NCBI GenBank assembly: GCA_965248925.1
Contig: CBDFLE010000005.1
Location: forward strand, 1,888,001 to 1,952,000
DNA from: Candidatus Multivoradales bacterium
GTDB lineage: Bacteria; Acidobacteriota; Thermoanaerobaculia; Multivoradales; J023
Length of the DNA: 64,000 nucleotides
Direction of reading: 5' to 3'
Positions 29,850 to 39,429 of the stretch are shown here, piece by piece. A model generated the notes under the pieces. That model did no database searches and was not told the origin of the DNA. It was given only the letters and a program-made list of their open reading frames with translations. The translations under genes were made by a program, and so were the position numbers. The first letter of the stretch is position 1. Every line of letters starts with the position of its first letter.

Positions 29850-31777
29850 TGGGTCGTCAGAGATCGCCGAGATCGGCTCGCAGCGCGGCAGTTCCGCTGG
29901 CTGGACCTAAAGCCACCACCGCGCAACATCGGCCTCGACGGGCCCTCGTCGCCTCGCTCCAATGCCCACTCCCAAAGGTTACCGCGCAAGTCGAAAAAGC
30001 CCAGCGGCCCAGGCTTGAAGCTGGCCACCGGCGCCACACGCTCGAAGCCATCCTCGCCACTGAGGGAGCGGCAGTTGGCATGCTTCTCAAGCCACTCGGG
30101 CTCTTTCTCGAGGACCACGTCGAGACCACCAGCGGCCCCGGCGGCCCATTCCAGCTCGGCCTCGCTGGGGATCCGAAATGGCTCCCCGTCGACCCTTTCG
30201 TTCAACCGTTTGACGAAGGCCAGAACCTCGGCCCAGTTGACGCTGCTAACGGGTCGCTCGCCGGGCGCAGTGACCGGATCACCGGGCTCGCCGCTCATGA
30301 CTACCTTCCATTGGCGCTCCAGGAGCTCGGTGCGTGCCAAGCAAAAGCCCTCCAACACCTTCCCCTGTGCCGGATCAGCGGGGACAAAGATGAATTCGAG
30401 CCCGATCTCCAGCATCGTAGGGCAACGAGGGTCCTCCGCAGCTGCGCTAGGCGGCGGTTGCCCGGCGTTGGCTATCAAGCCCAGTTGCACAGTGTCAGAT
30501 CCAACTTCGAAGACTGTCAGATAGGACCACAGCAGAAGCCCAACCGCGGTCAAGACAGCCGCTGACCAGCGCGTCGGCGAGGCATGCAAGAAGCGGCCGA
30601 GAACAGAGAATCTGCGCCCATTGGAGGCGATACTCCGAGGTCGTCCGAGAGCCGTCTCGAAGTCCAATGCAACCGCACCCTGGTAGAGAATCGGCAACGC
30701 CCAGGCCCGGTCGGCGACCCTTGAGAAATAACGCCCTCGAGCCTCCGCTACCGCAGCTTCGATCGACCGAGTCGATGCCAGAGACTGATAGAACTGCGAC
30801 GAGAACTCCAGCGCCGCCCGGTCCTGGATCACCGAACGAATTGCCAGCACCGCGGGAACGCCCTGTCGTAGAAGACTCTGTGCCAGGCCGGAGAAAGTAT
30901 CCGAGTCCGATTGCCTACCTGCTTCGCAAGCATTGAGATAGAGCAGCCGGATGGAAGGATGGCGGTCCAACACGGCACCGAGACGCTCCGCACCGACCGC
31001 GTCTCTCTTTCCCGAGCGGGATTCGAACAGCAGACAACCACTGCGGTCGGTGATCGAGAACGAGCCATGACCTATGAAGTGCAAGAGGTAGTAACTCTTG
31101 CTCGTCAGACGCTCGGCCAAGTTGTCGATCGACGCATGGTTGAGCAGATCTAGCTCAACCTGCCCGGTCTCGCACAAAGGCGCCAAGGCCTCCTCGATTC
31201 GCCGCGTCTCACATTCCACGTTGAGCTCCGGCACCCCTTCTGGGCTGGCGCTGATCACCAAGATTCGCAAGGGGGGCTCGGACTGCAGCCGCGGCCGTCG
31301 CTTCGACACCTCCAGGTGGCGGACGATCGAGATCCCGTCTTGAACTGCCAAGAACTGTCCATGGTCCGAGTCGAAAAGCGCTTCCCAGGGCCAATCCCCC
31401 ATCTGCGGAACGTCGGTCATCCGCAGCCGTAGGCGGATACCAATCTTCATCCGCCGCTCCGCGGAGCGCTCGGCGGCAATCCGCCGGCTGATCTCGAAAT
31501 GGACCCGAACCTTGCCGCGCAGAACCCGCTCGTACAATCTCTCGCCCGCTTGGCGAAAAGGCAGTCGACGATGTCGACTCGGCCGTAGTACGTCTCTTGA
31601 TGTTGCTTCGACAATTGGTGGCGAACGGTCATGCTCCCCCGGCTCATTGGCAAGCAAAACGAGTTCAGGAGCATCGAACTAGACCATCGCCCCCTGGCCA
31701 GCCGGCGAGTCGAGTACGCGCGCCCGGTAACGATCTTGATGCCGATCGATCAGCAGGTCGAAGTCTAAATAGCGCAT
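29741..31777 (-). pseudogene. CHAT + TM + FGE-sulfatase domain protein with in-frame TAG at codon 33
   Basis: MRYLDFDLLID..RARVLDSPAGQ then TAG (31679-31681), same frame continues to PWEAL, HFIGHG, LNACE, PSEAELEWA, DLRGNLWEW. Confidence 0.8.
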
Positions 31778-31779
31778 GA

Positions 31780-31884
31780 TTAGGGCGGGTCCTGAACTGC
31801 ACCAGCCAGCGGCCGCCACTCCCACGGCGGAACCGGCTTCGCTCGGCGCCGCAGGCGGAGCAGCTTCCTCGCAGCAATTCTCAT
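31780..31884 (-). CDS. 34-aa basic peptide upstream of CHAT-FGE
   Basis: GGAGG 5 nt before ATG; MRIAARKLLRLRRRAKPVPPWEWRPLAGAVQDPP; stop 2 nt before next ATG. Confidence 0.4.
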   Translation of the reverse strand: MRIAARKLLRLRRRAKPVPPWEWRPLAGAVQDPP

Positions 31885-31919
31885 CCAAACCTCCATCGAC
31901 GTTGTGGTTGACCGGGGGA

Positions 31920-31945
31920 AGACCCGAGCCCAGGCAAATTGTTGA
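31920..31945 (-). promoter_or_regulatory. putative ECF promoter, degenerate divergent copy
   Basis: TCAACA-ATTTGCCTGGGCTCGG-GTCT, same 16-nt spacer. Confidence 0.4.
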
Positions 31946-31952
31946 GCGTTGG

Positions 31953-31978
31953 ACAACCTTTTCTCACTAGCCGAGTCT
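31953..31978 (+). promoter_or_regulatory. putative ECF promoter, copy 3
   Basis: ACAACC-TTTTCTCACTAGCCGA-GTCT. Confidence 0.7.
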
Positions 31979-32026
31979 CTAGAAGTGATTGCCCAGGACT
32001 CCCAGTCAACGAGAGAGGAACAAGTA

Positions 32027-32290
32027 ATGGCAGACCGCGAGGTCACCGCGACCGAAAAAGACTCGAACAACATCATCAAGGCCTTGTGTAATGCTGCGGT
32101 TTTCCCACAGCCGATCTCCAAGGCGCAAGCGATCGCCGACATTGATAGCGGAATACATCGCTACTTCGTCGAGTGGCCAGACGGGGTCAAGACCTGGATT
32201 CGAACAGTTCCCGGCTCCAGCGGCAAATACCTCAGAACCGACAAGGACAACACCACCAGCAACAATCTGCTCGATCTCCCAGATTGTTGA
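32027..32290 (+). CDS. DUF3892 family protein
   Basis: GAGG RBS; C-terminal GKYLRTDKDNTTSNNLLDLPDC. Confidence 0.85.
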   Translation: MADREVTATEKDSNNIIKALCNAAVFPQPISKAQAIADIDSGIHRYFVEWPDGVKTWIRTVPGSSGKYLRTDKDNTTSNNLLDLPDC

Positions 32291-34212
32291 AGTCAACCAC
32301 CGATCAGAATGGCGCTCGGCGGGCGCTGGTTGTCGGCATCGATCACTATCCGCAGCTCGGTGACCCGGCCCAGCTGCGAGGCGCAGTTCACGACGCCGAG
32401 CAGATGGCTGATCTCCTCGAGCACCGATTCGGCTTCCCACATCGCGATCTGTGCCTGCTGAAGAACTCGGAGGCGACCCGCGAACGTTTGACGGCAGAGA
32501 TGGAAGCTCTGGTAGCGCGGGCCCAGCCGACCGACACCACCGTCTTTCACTGGAGCGGGCACGGCTCCCAGGTAGTCGACCTTGAAGGGGACGAACCGGA
32601 TGGCCTGGATGAGACTCTGGTGCCGGTGGACGGCCGCCTGCTGCATCAAGAACCGGCCGACCTGCGAGATGACGAGATTCGCTCTTGGCTAGCGCGCCTC
32701 GAGAGTCACGGCTCTGCGGTGACCTTGATCGTCGACTGCTGTCACTCGGGCCACATTCACCGACACAGCTCATTGAGACCGCGCTATCTGCCTGCATTCA
32801 AGCGCGCCGCGCAAACCTTCCCTGGCCCACCCACCCCTCGTCCCGTGGCCGACCCGTGGCAGTCGCGCCCCAGCCACTACGTTCTTCTCGCCGCCTGCGG
32901 TGAAGACCAGCTGGCTTGGGAAAGGCCGGTCGGCCGTGGACAGTTTCACGGCCACTGGACCTGGGCTATTCTGCGAACTCTAGCCAGAGCGGATCACGGC
33001 GCGACAGCCGCGGAAATCTTCGAGTTCTCCCGCGCCTGCCTGCGGAGCGAAAATCCCCAGCAAGAACCGGTTCTGGTGGGCCAACGAGATCGCTTGCTCT
33101 TCGGTTGTCGAGCACGCCCCTGCCGCCGTTTCCTCTTCGTCGACTCCTGGAACTCCAGCACCCAGACTGGCAGGCTGCGCGGTGGTGCCGTGCAAGGCCT
33201 CGGCGAGGGTTCAATCTGGACTCTTCATCCGCCGGCCAAACACCAGGCTCAGTCGTTGCTGGGCCGCGCCAGAATCCGCCGGGTCGGCGCCTTACGCTCG
33301 ACTTTCGAGGCCGCTCTTCTTCCCAACAGTCGCCCTCCCAGGCCTGGAGATCGGGCCTTCGAAAGAACAGTGGCCTACTGCCAACCCCGCCTCCGGGTCC
33401 AGGTGGATTCATGTTCAGTCGGGGCCGATCGCCTGCGGGCAGCCGTTGCAGCGTCTCCTCTGCTACGTCTCGGCGGTCGCGATGAGATCCACGACTCCGA
33501 CCAGCTGCACCTGCGGCTGGACGAGGGACCTGGCGGTCTCTGCTGGTGGATAGTCGATCTGCGGGGCCAATCCCTGGCAGCACCCCGGCCTCGGGAGGAA
33601 CCCGGTGTCAACGGCGCCTTGGTCAGGCGTCTCGAACGTCGCGCTCGCTGTCGCAACGTGCTGGCATTAGAATGCAAAAATCCGCCGCCTTCATGGGCAC
33701 AGGCAATTTCGCTCCGCCTCCTCGATCTCGAAACCCGCCAACCAAAGTGTGATTTCTTGGACGGCGCCCGATTTGTAATCGAGATCGAAAATCAGCATAG
33801 CGAGGATCTTTATATCTCACTGCTGGATCTCGGCAGCAGCGACCGAGTCTCGCTGCTTCACCCCGACCCTGGAAGCGACGAGTTGCTGGCCCCGGACCTA
33901 CCCATGCGCATCGGCCACCTTGCTGGCGATCCGCTGATCGCTAGCCGGCCAGGGGATCTCTATCCACGAAGTCTCAACCCGGCAGTCAGCCATTTAAAGC
34001 TCTTCGCCACCACCTCCCCAGTCGATCTGAGCTGGCTCTCCACCGATCGGCCGTGGCGTTCACCCAACCCAGCGCCTCTAACCTGCGGCCAGTCTTCACT
34101 CGAAGGATTGTTGGCCCGAACCACGGCCGTTTGGGTAAACCGGGGTGCCGGTGAAGAATGGACTGCCGTGTCGATCCCTCTGCGAGCCTTCGGCCGCCAC
34201 CCCCCGCATTAG
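32287..34212 (+). CDS. caspase-like peptidase C14 with C-terminal DUF4384-like domain
   Basis: RRALVVGIDHY, WSGHGSQ, DCCHSG, QEP; TTG start overlapping DUF3892 stop (start inferred). Confidence 0.88.
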   Translation: MKSTTDQNGARRALVVGIDHYPQLGDPAQLRGAVHDAEQMADLLEHRFGFPHRDLCLLKNSEATRERLTAEMEALVARAQPTDTTVFHWSGHGSQVVDLEGDEPDGLDETLVPVDGRLLHQEPADLRDDEIRSWLARLESHGSAVTLIVDCCHSGHIHRHSSLRPRYLPAFKRAAQTFPGPPTPRPVADPWQSRPSHYVLLAACGEDQLAWERPVGRGQFHGHWTWAILRTLARADHGATAAEIFEFSRACLRSENPQQEPVLVGQRDRLLFGCRARPCRRFLFVDSWNSSTQTGRLRGGAVQGLGEGSIWTLHPPAKHQAQSLLGRARIRRVGALRSTFEAALLPNSRPPRPGDRAFERTVAYCQPRLRVQVDSCSVGADRLRAAVAASPLLRLGGRDEIHDSDQLHLRLDEGPGGLCWWIVDLRGQSLAAPRPREEPGVNGALVRRLERRARCRNVLALECKNPPPSWAQAISLRLLDLETRQPKCDFLDGARFVIEIENQHSEDLYISLLDLGSSDRVSLLHPDPGSDELLAPDLPMRIGHLAGDPLIASRPGDLYPRSLNPAVSHLKLFATTSPVDLSWLSTDRPWRSPNPAPLTCGQSSLEGLLARTTAVWVNRGAGEEWTAVSIPLRAFGRHPPH

Positions 34213-34257
34213 CAGAACTTCCGCCAAAACCGATACCGCCCCACCAACTTCAGCCCG

Positions 34258-34572
34258 CTAGGTCGTACTCTCGGCCTCCAATTCAATCTCGTTCGCCGCA
34301 AATATCTTAATGATCGGAGCCTCCGCAGCAAGCGCCACCAGAGCTTTGACAAAGGCCACCGAAGCGGGAACCTTGAAGTGCTCCCGAAGCGCCTGCGGAT
34401 CGGTCCATTCCTCGATAAACACCAGGCGCTGAGGATTCTCCGCGTCCACATGAGCAGCGTGGGACAGGCACCCCGGTTCTTTTCGCGAACGCACCACATG
34501 TTCGCGACACAGAGCGAGCATCTCAGCAACGCGATCCTCTTGAGCAACAACACTACCAAGAACTATGATCAT
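34258..34572 (-). CDS. ABM-family (putative quinol) monooxygenase
   Basis: SRKEPGCLSH, FIEEWTDPQALREHF. Confidence 0.88.
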   Translation of the reverse strand: MIIVLGSVVAQEDRVAEMLALCREHVVRSRKEPGCLSHAAHVDAENPQRLVFIEEWTDPQALREHFKVPASVAFVKALVALAAEAPIIKIFAANEIELEAESTT

Positions 34573-34716
34573 CTCTGGCCTCCGAAATCAGCGCGCGAAT
34601 GACACTCTCACCGAGGGATTCTCCAAGGTTGCGCTGGCCCCGATTCTGCGTCCATCACATCCGGCCTGCGGCGCACTTTCGTTGCCCAGATCCTACCCCG
34701 GTAGCTCGCCAAAATT

Positions 34717-37083
34717 TCATCCATCGGTGTGCAGCCGCTCGGCCCCGCCGGCAGAGATCACCAGCGCGAAATCCTGCGGCCCCCGCGGCACATCACTGGC
34801 GACTACTCGCACAGTCCAAACTCCAAGATCGGGTTCCTCGACCCGGATGCCCTCGACGTTGTTATCGCCATCGAACATGCCGCCACCGAAGTCGTTACCG
34901 AGGTGGAAACCGCCGTCCGGCGGAATCGCGATCAGGTTGAGATTGTTGATCAGATCCTCACCAGGAAAATCACTGTAGACGAGAGTCAGGCGCAACGGGA
35001 CCGAGCCGTCAGCGACCTTGATACGGAATTCCTGTTGCTGTCCTGAATGAAGAGAGTCACCGTTGACGAACAGTACCTGAATCGGCGCCTCGGGCATCAG
35101 CAAGGTCTGGAGCCGGAGCCGTCCCCAACCCTGCTCGTTGTCGGCCTCAGCCTGCGAGGAAGGGTGGGCGAATCGATAGGGTGTATATCGAGCGGAGTGG
35201 ATGAGCGCGGCTTTGAGTAGGGCCGCTGACGGCTCGGCGACGGTGTTCTCGCGCAGAAATTGCCTGACCAGCGCACAGCAACCGGCCACCAACGGCGTCG
35301 CCATTGATGTACCGCCCATAAACATGTAGTCCAATTTGGCCGCCGCAAAGGCTCCCCAGGCGAAGTTGTTGCTGGCGATCTGCGACGAACGCGTGGAGAG
35401 AATGAAGGTACCGGGCGCGATGACGTCGGGTTTGCGCCGCCCGGTTGTACACGGGCCACGACTACTGAAGGCCACAACATCGTCGACCGAATCCGCGACC
35501 GGATCGGAAGCAAAGGGTCCGTTGGGAAAGTCCTGAAACATATCGCCGTAAGTCCGAGAGCCCGAATCTCCGGGGCGGAAGTTCTCGCAAGCTCCAACAG
35601 TTAGGCAGTTCTTTGCTGTCGCTGGTGAACTGACGCTACCGAGATCGATGCCTTGTCCGCCGCCAGGTGTAGTGTCGGCGCCATCGTTACCGGCCGCAAC
35701 CACCACCAGAAAACCCGGATGGTCAAGTACGAACTGATCCAAGGCTTCGCATTGCTCATCGTACTCACCGGGGCCGCCGCCACCCCAGGAATTGGAGTGA
35801 ATGCGGGCCCCTAGATCGAAGGCCGGCTGGAAGAGATCGCCGAGATCGTCAGGAATGCCAAAAAGTCCGTGCGCTGGCGGCGTCCCACCTTGTTGCAGGA
35901 AAGCTAGCGTACCGTCCATATTCCACTCTGTGGATTGGTCGATCGCCTGAAATACCAGTTCGGCCTCCGGCGCCACCCCTTCGATCGGATCGAGGCCAAG
36001 GGCGCGAGAGCGAGAACCGTTGCCGAGGACGCTACCGCAGACGTGAGTACCGTGCCCGGAGAATCGATCGGCGGCACCGTCATCACTATCTGGGTCTAAC
36101 AGAAACGGAGCCAGAGAGCCGGCGATAGGGAAGCTAGAGATGTCGCGTACCCGGCCGCGGAAATCTGCATGTACGGTCAGGAGATCGCCAGTGTCGAGAC
36201 CGGAATCTGCTACCGCTACAATCTCTCCCGCCCCGGTGAGTCCCAAACCACCAGGGGCTGGCAGCACCGTCGGACCACAGATGACTTCGCGGGCCACATC
36301 ATTGAACAGGCGTCGGACCTTCTTCTCTGTTAGCTTTTTCAGCCCTCTGAGGCTAGCGACAAGATGCAGATCTTCAACCACATTGTCGGTGCCGGCGAGG
36401 TTAATGACCAATCCGGTGGATCCCACCTCGACAACCGGACGCAGTCCCTCACGCCGAAGTTTGTTTCGCGCCCGCCGTCGGTCATCGGCGGTAAGGAAGG
36501 ACGCATTGAGCAAACCACCGAGAGTCGCCCGGCGTAGCGAGCGCCGCGACACGTCGGAGGCTGCCAACCGGTCTGCGGCCCCGGCTACCTCAGCGCCATC
36601 GGCCTTGACAGCAACGTTCTGAAGGAATTCCGGGGAAATCAGGATGCTGGGTACAAAGGGAGTAACTTTCTCGACGCCTTCCAGACGTTGGACGCGGGCA
36701 CGGCTGGCTTTGTTCGGGCACCTGACGGCAACCGTCGAATTGCCGATGGTAGCCAGCAGACGGCATCCCGCCGAGTTGAGACGCACCTCATGATCCGCCG
36801 GAATTGGCGGCGCGAAGCGCACGGCGACTATGTACGGACCCCGCTCCCGCCCGCCCCCCATCGCTGCTGCTAGTCCAGCCACTTCTGGAAAACTTGGCGG
36901 CGGCGACGCAGTAGACAACTCCTCCACTGGATACCTCGCCCGCAGATCGCCCAGCGCCTCCTCCGTTCCATGGACAACCATGTAGGCTGGGTACCGCGTT
37001 TCGATCTCGGCACCATCAGGCAGCTCGACCACATCGGTCTCTGAGCAGTAGATTCTGAATCGGAAAGTCTCTCGATTCGGCAT
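34717..37083 (-). CDS. S8 subtilisin-family serine protease (KP-43-like), no signal peptide
   Basis: VAVADSG, GHGTHVCG, AAGN, GGTSMATP; C-terminal beta domain NNVE. Confidence 0.93.
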   Translation of the reverse strand: MPNRETFRFRIYCSETDVVELPDGAEIETRYPAYMVVHGTEEALGDLRARYPVEELSTASPPPSFPEVAGLAAAMGGGRERGPYIVAVRFAPPIPADHEVRLNSAGCRLLATIGNSTVAVRCPNKASRARVQRLEGVEKVTPFVPSILISPEFLQNVAVKADGAEVAGAADRLAASDVSRRSLRRATLGGLLNASFLTADDRRRARNKLRREGLRPVVEVGSTGLVINLAGTDNVVEDLHLVASLRGLKKLTEKKVRRLFNDVAREVICGPTVLPAPGGLGLTGAGEIVAVADSGLDTGDLLTVHADFRGRVRDISSFPIAGSLAPFLLDPDSDDGAADRFSGHGTHVCGSVLGNGSRSRALGLDPIEGVAPEAELVFQAIDQSTEWNMDGTLAFLQQGGTPPAHGLFGIPDDLGDLFQPAFDLGARIHSNSWGGGGPGEYDEQCEALDQFVLDHPGFLVVVAAGNDGADTTPGGGQGIDLGSVSSPATAKNCLTVGACENFRPGDSGSRTYGDMFQDFPNGPFASDPVADSVDDVVAFSSRGPCTTGRRKPDVIAPGTFILSTRSSQIASNNFAWGAFAAAKLDYMFMGGTSMATPLVAGCCALVRQFLRENTVAEPSAALLKAALIHSARYTPYRFAHPSSQAEADNEQGWGRLRLQTLLMPEAPIQVLFVNGDSLHSGQQQEFRIKVADGSVPLRLTLVYSDFPGEDLINNLNLIAIPPDGGFHLGNDFGGGMFDGDNNVEGIRVEEPDLGVWTVRVVASDVPRGPQDFALVISAGGAERLHTDG

Positions 37084-37334
37084 GTCAGTCTCCAAGTAGG
37101 TATCTCTTCACGGGGACGATTCGCAATCGCTTTGGCCATCACGACCATTTAGGACAGCGCGAACCGGCGCTGAATTCTACCTTGGGTTCACCGAGACACC
37201 GTCCGCTCGGACTACGTCGGTCAGACTCCACTCAAACTGATCGACCTCAAGATGGAGGACATCGAGCACGGCATCCAGCTGCCTGTCCATCGCTAACACC
37301 TTATCCCAGGTATTGTCAGCGGTCTACGTCTCGA

Positions 37335-37808
37335 ATGAAGGAGTGCATCGGCGACCTGATCTTGCCGATCGCCGCCATCCGCGGCGAGGGCACCTCCAAC
37401 GACTACTTGCCGCAAGAGGTCCCGGCGCTGCCCTCATTCGCCTTGCAAAAAACCATCTCGACGACCTTTCGCGACCACGAGCGCGACTACTGGACCGGCA
37501 CCGTCTACTCGACCAATCGCCGAGTCTGGGAACACGACGACACCTTCAAAAAGTACCTGCGGGAGCTACGAGCCATGGCCGTGGACATGGAGACCGCGAC
37601 CGTCTTCATCGTCGCCTTCGCCAACCAGATACCGGTCGGCGCCCTATTGCTGGTCTCGGATCAACCGATGGTGCCTGAGGGAGTCAAGACGGAAGCGAGC
37701 GACCGCAAAGTGACCGAAGACTTCGTCGATCGCCACTTACAGATCGGCATCGACTCCTTGCGCCAGCTGATCAACTACGGCAATACCGTCAGGCACTTGC
37801 GTTTCTAG
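37335..37808 (+). pseudogene. amn: AMP nucleosidase, 3' fragment only
   Basis: IGDLILPIAAIRGEGTSNDY, TNRRVWEHD, AVDMETAT; N-terminal part absent. Confidence 0.75.
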
Positions 37809-37882
37809 CCACCGCAAGGCCGAATGCCAAGATTGCGCGGCCTCAGTAGATTTAGGGGGTTCTCAGCCCGCTGCTGTCGATT

Positions 37883-38619
37883 CCAGAACTCCTGACATAC
37901 CCTTTTTCTCAAATGTCCGGTTGAGCCTCTCCGGAGGTGTTCCGAGGGCCTGGGAAGGCCAGGCTCCGGGGTGGCGCTGGCTTGATCGCGAACCGCATCC
38001 GTAGCTCGGTGCCGGGGAACTGGGTGGCGGTAGCGTTGAGTTCTTCGCCGACGGCGGCGATCGCCGCCGTTTTGTGGGGAGAGCTGAGCGGGTCGATGGA
38101 GAGGAGCAGCTCAGTGTCGGTAACCTCCATATCGCCGCCGGCCGCGAAAGCGCTTTGGATCAGGGTGCGTCCCTCCTGCTCGCTGCGGCGGTAGTGGGGT
38201 GATAGGAGCCGCAGAAGATCACCTGCGGCCTGGTAGGCAACCATCTTGAGAATATCGCTGAGGTGCTTGCGCTCGACCGACAGCTTGATGACATCCGCTT
38301 CGACGACCTCCTGGACCGGGACGCGGACAGGGAGGGTCGCGCGCTGGTTCTTGAGTTCGGTGATCTGCTCTGTCGCTGCCCGGACCCTGGCGGAGGTTGC
38401 TGCGTTGGCGATCTTGAATCCACGCATCGTAGGCCGCCGATCCTCTCGGTTCTCGAGCGCTGCGATCCCGCAATGGGCCTGGATCTGCTCGAGATGCGCT
38501 TTGGCTTTACGCAACTCTGCGTTGATTTTGCTGCGCTCGGGGTTCGGCACATCGCGGGCAGCGTCTGCCGGCTCGGTGCCGTAGTCCACCAGCGCATCGA
38601 GGGCGAATTGTTCGCGCAG
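37883..38619 (-). mobile_element. IS remnant: C-terminal part of a putative transposase plus probable right end
   Basis: LREQFALDALVDYG..VPNPER..LKMVAYQA; ATGTCAGGAGTTCTG shortly after the stop resembles an IS terminus. Confidence 0.6.
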
Positions 38620-38772
38620 TCGGTTGCCATGCGCTGCGAGCCGAGCAGGTTTTCTAGAAGCCAATATCGCATTCGAAGCCTACAGGAATTCCTCTTTGCG
38701 GCTCTTCGGCCATTCGATCTTCGAGAAGACGGTGGACTTGGCTGAAGTGAGTGCACTCGGAATTTCACCTTG

Positions 38773-39126
38773 ATGATGGATCCGATCTCCAGCATCGCAA
38801 TTCCCATCCTGACCATGTTCCTCATGGTGGTCGTTGGGTTGGAACTCAGGCCGCAAGATTTCCTCAGCTTTGTTCGTCCACCGAGGAAGCTGTTTCTGCT
38901 TCCGGCGATGGCCGTGGGCGAGATTCTGGGTCGCTGGGTCCACCTAGCACCGACCGCGCGACTGGCCTGGGTATTGGAACTCGGCTTCCGCAACCTGGAG
39001 CTGGCCATCGTGGTCACCGCAACGCTATTGGGTCAGAAAGGCTCCCTGGTCTTCGCGATGATCTTCTTCCTCACCGCGAATCTCTACGCAATCGCCATCG
39101 TCGCCCTCTCCCGCCTGCGGCGCTGA
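38773..39126 (+). pseudogene. bile acid:sodium symporter family gene with large internal deletion
   Basis: N-terminal MVVVGLELRPQDF joined to C-terminal LELGFRNLELAIVV in only ~117 aa. Confidence 0.65.
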
Positions 39127-39140
39127 CCTCGACGCTAGCA

Positions 39141-39197
39141 CCGGGCAAAGGGGCAACAGCCTGCCCCGGGAGGGGCAGAACTTTGCCCCCTGCCCGG
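39141..39197. repeat. 57-nt GC-rich interrupted palindrome
   Basis: CCGGGCA..GGGGCAA..CTGCCCC-GGGA-GGGGCAG..TTGCCCC..TGCCCGG. Confidence 0.6.
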
Positions 39198-39273
39198 CCG
39201 CGGTGCTCCTGTTTCGTCAGCAGGAGCGCCCAAGTCCAGCGCAGCCCATGTCGGCGGGGGCCGCGCGGCAACC

Positions 39274-39289
39274 TGGCATTGATGTTGCT
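39274..39289 (+). promoter_or_regulatory. sigma54 (-24/-12) promoter of the sulfatase cluster
   Basis: TGGCATTGATGTTGCT, GG-N10-GC, 140 nt upstream of the sulfatase. Confidence 0.72.
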
Positions 39290-39429
39290 CCATTACTCTT
39301 CCGACAATTCAACAGCATCACTCCCACGAGCAGGAGAGTTCAATACCCGGCGGTCGCCGGAGAGGAGTATGAAGTGAATAGTAGTGCGCGACTCCGCAAC
39401 CAGACAATGCCAAGAGGGAGGATCAAGTC

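Noticed and set aside
31679-31681. Pyrrolysine at the amber codon
   Set aside because: Non-catalytic position, no pyl genes in the window, TAG is used as a normal stop elsewhere
23507-37083. Type III-E CRISPR (Craspase) locus
   Set aside because: No repeat-spacer array or cas genes in the window
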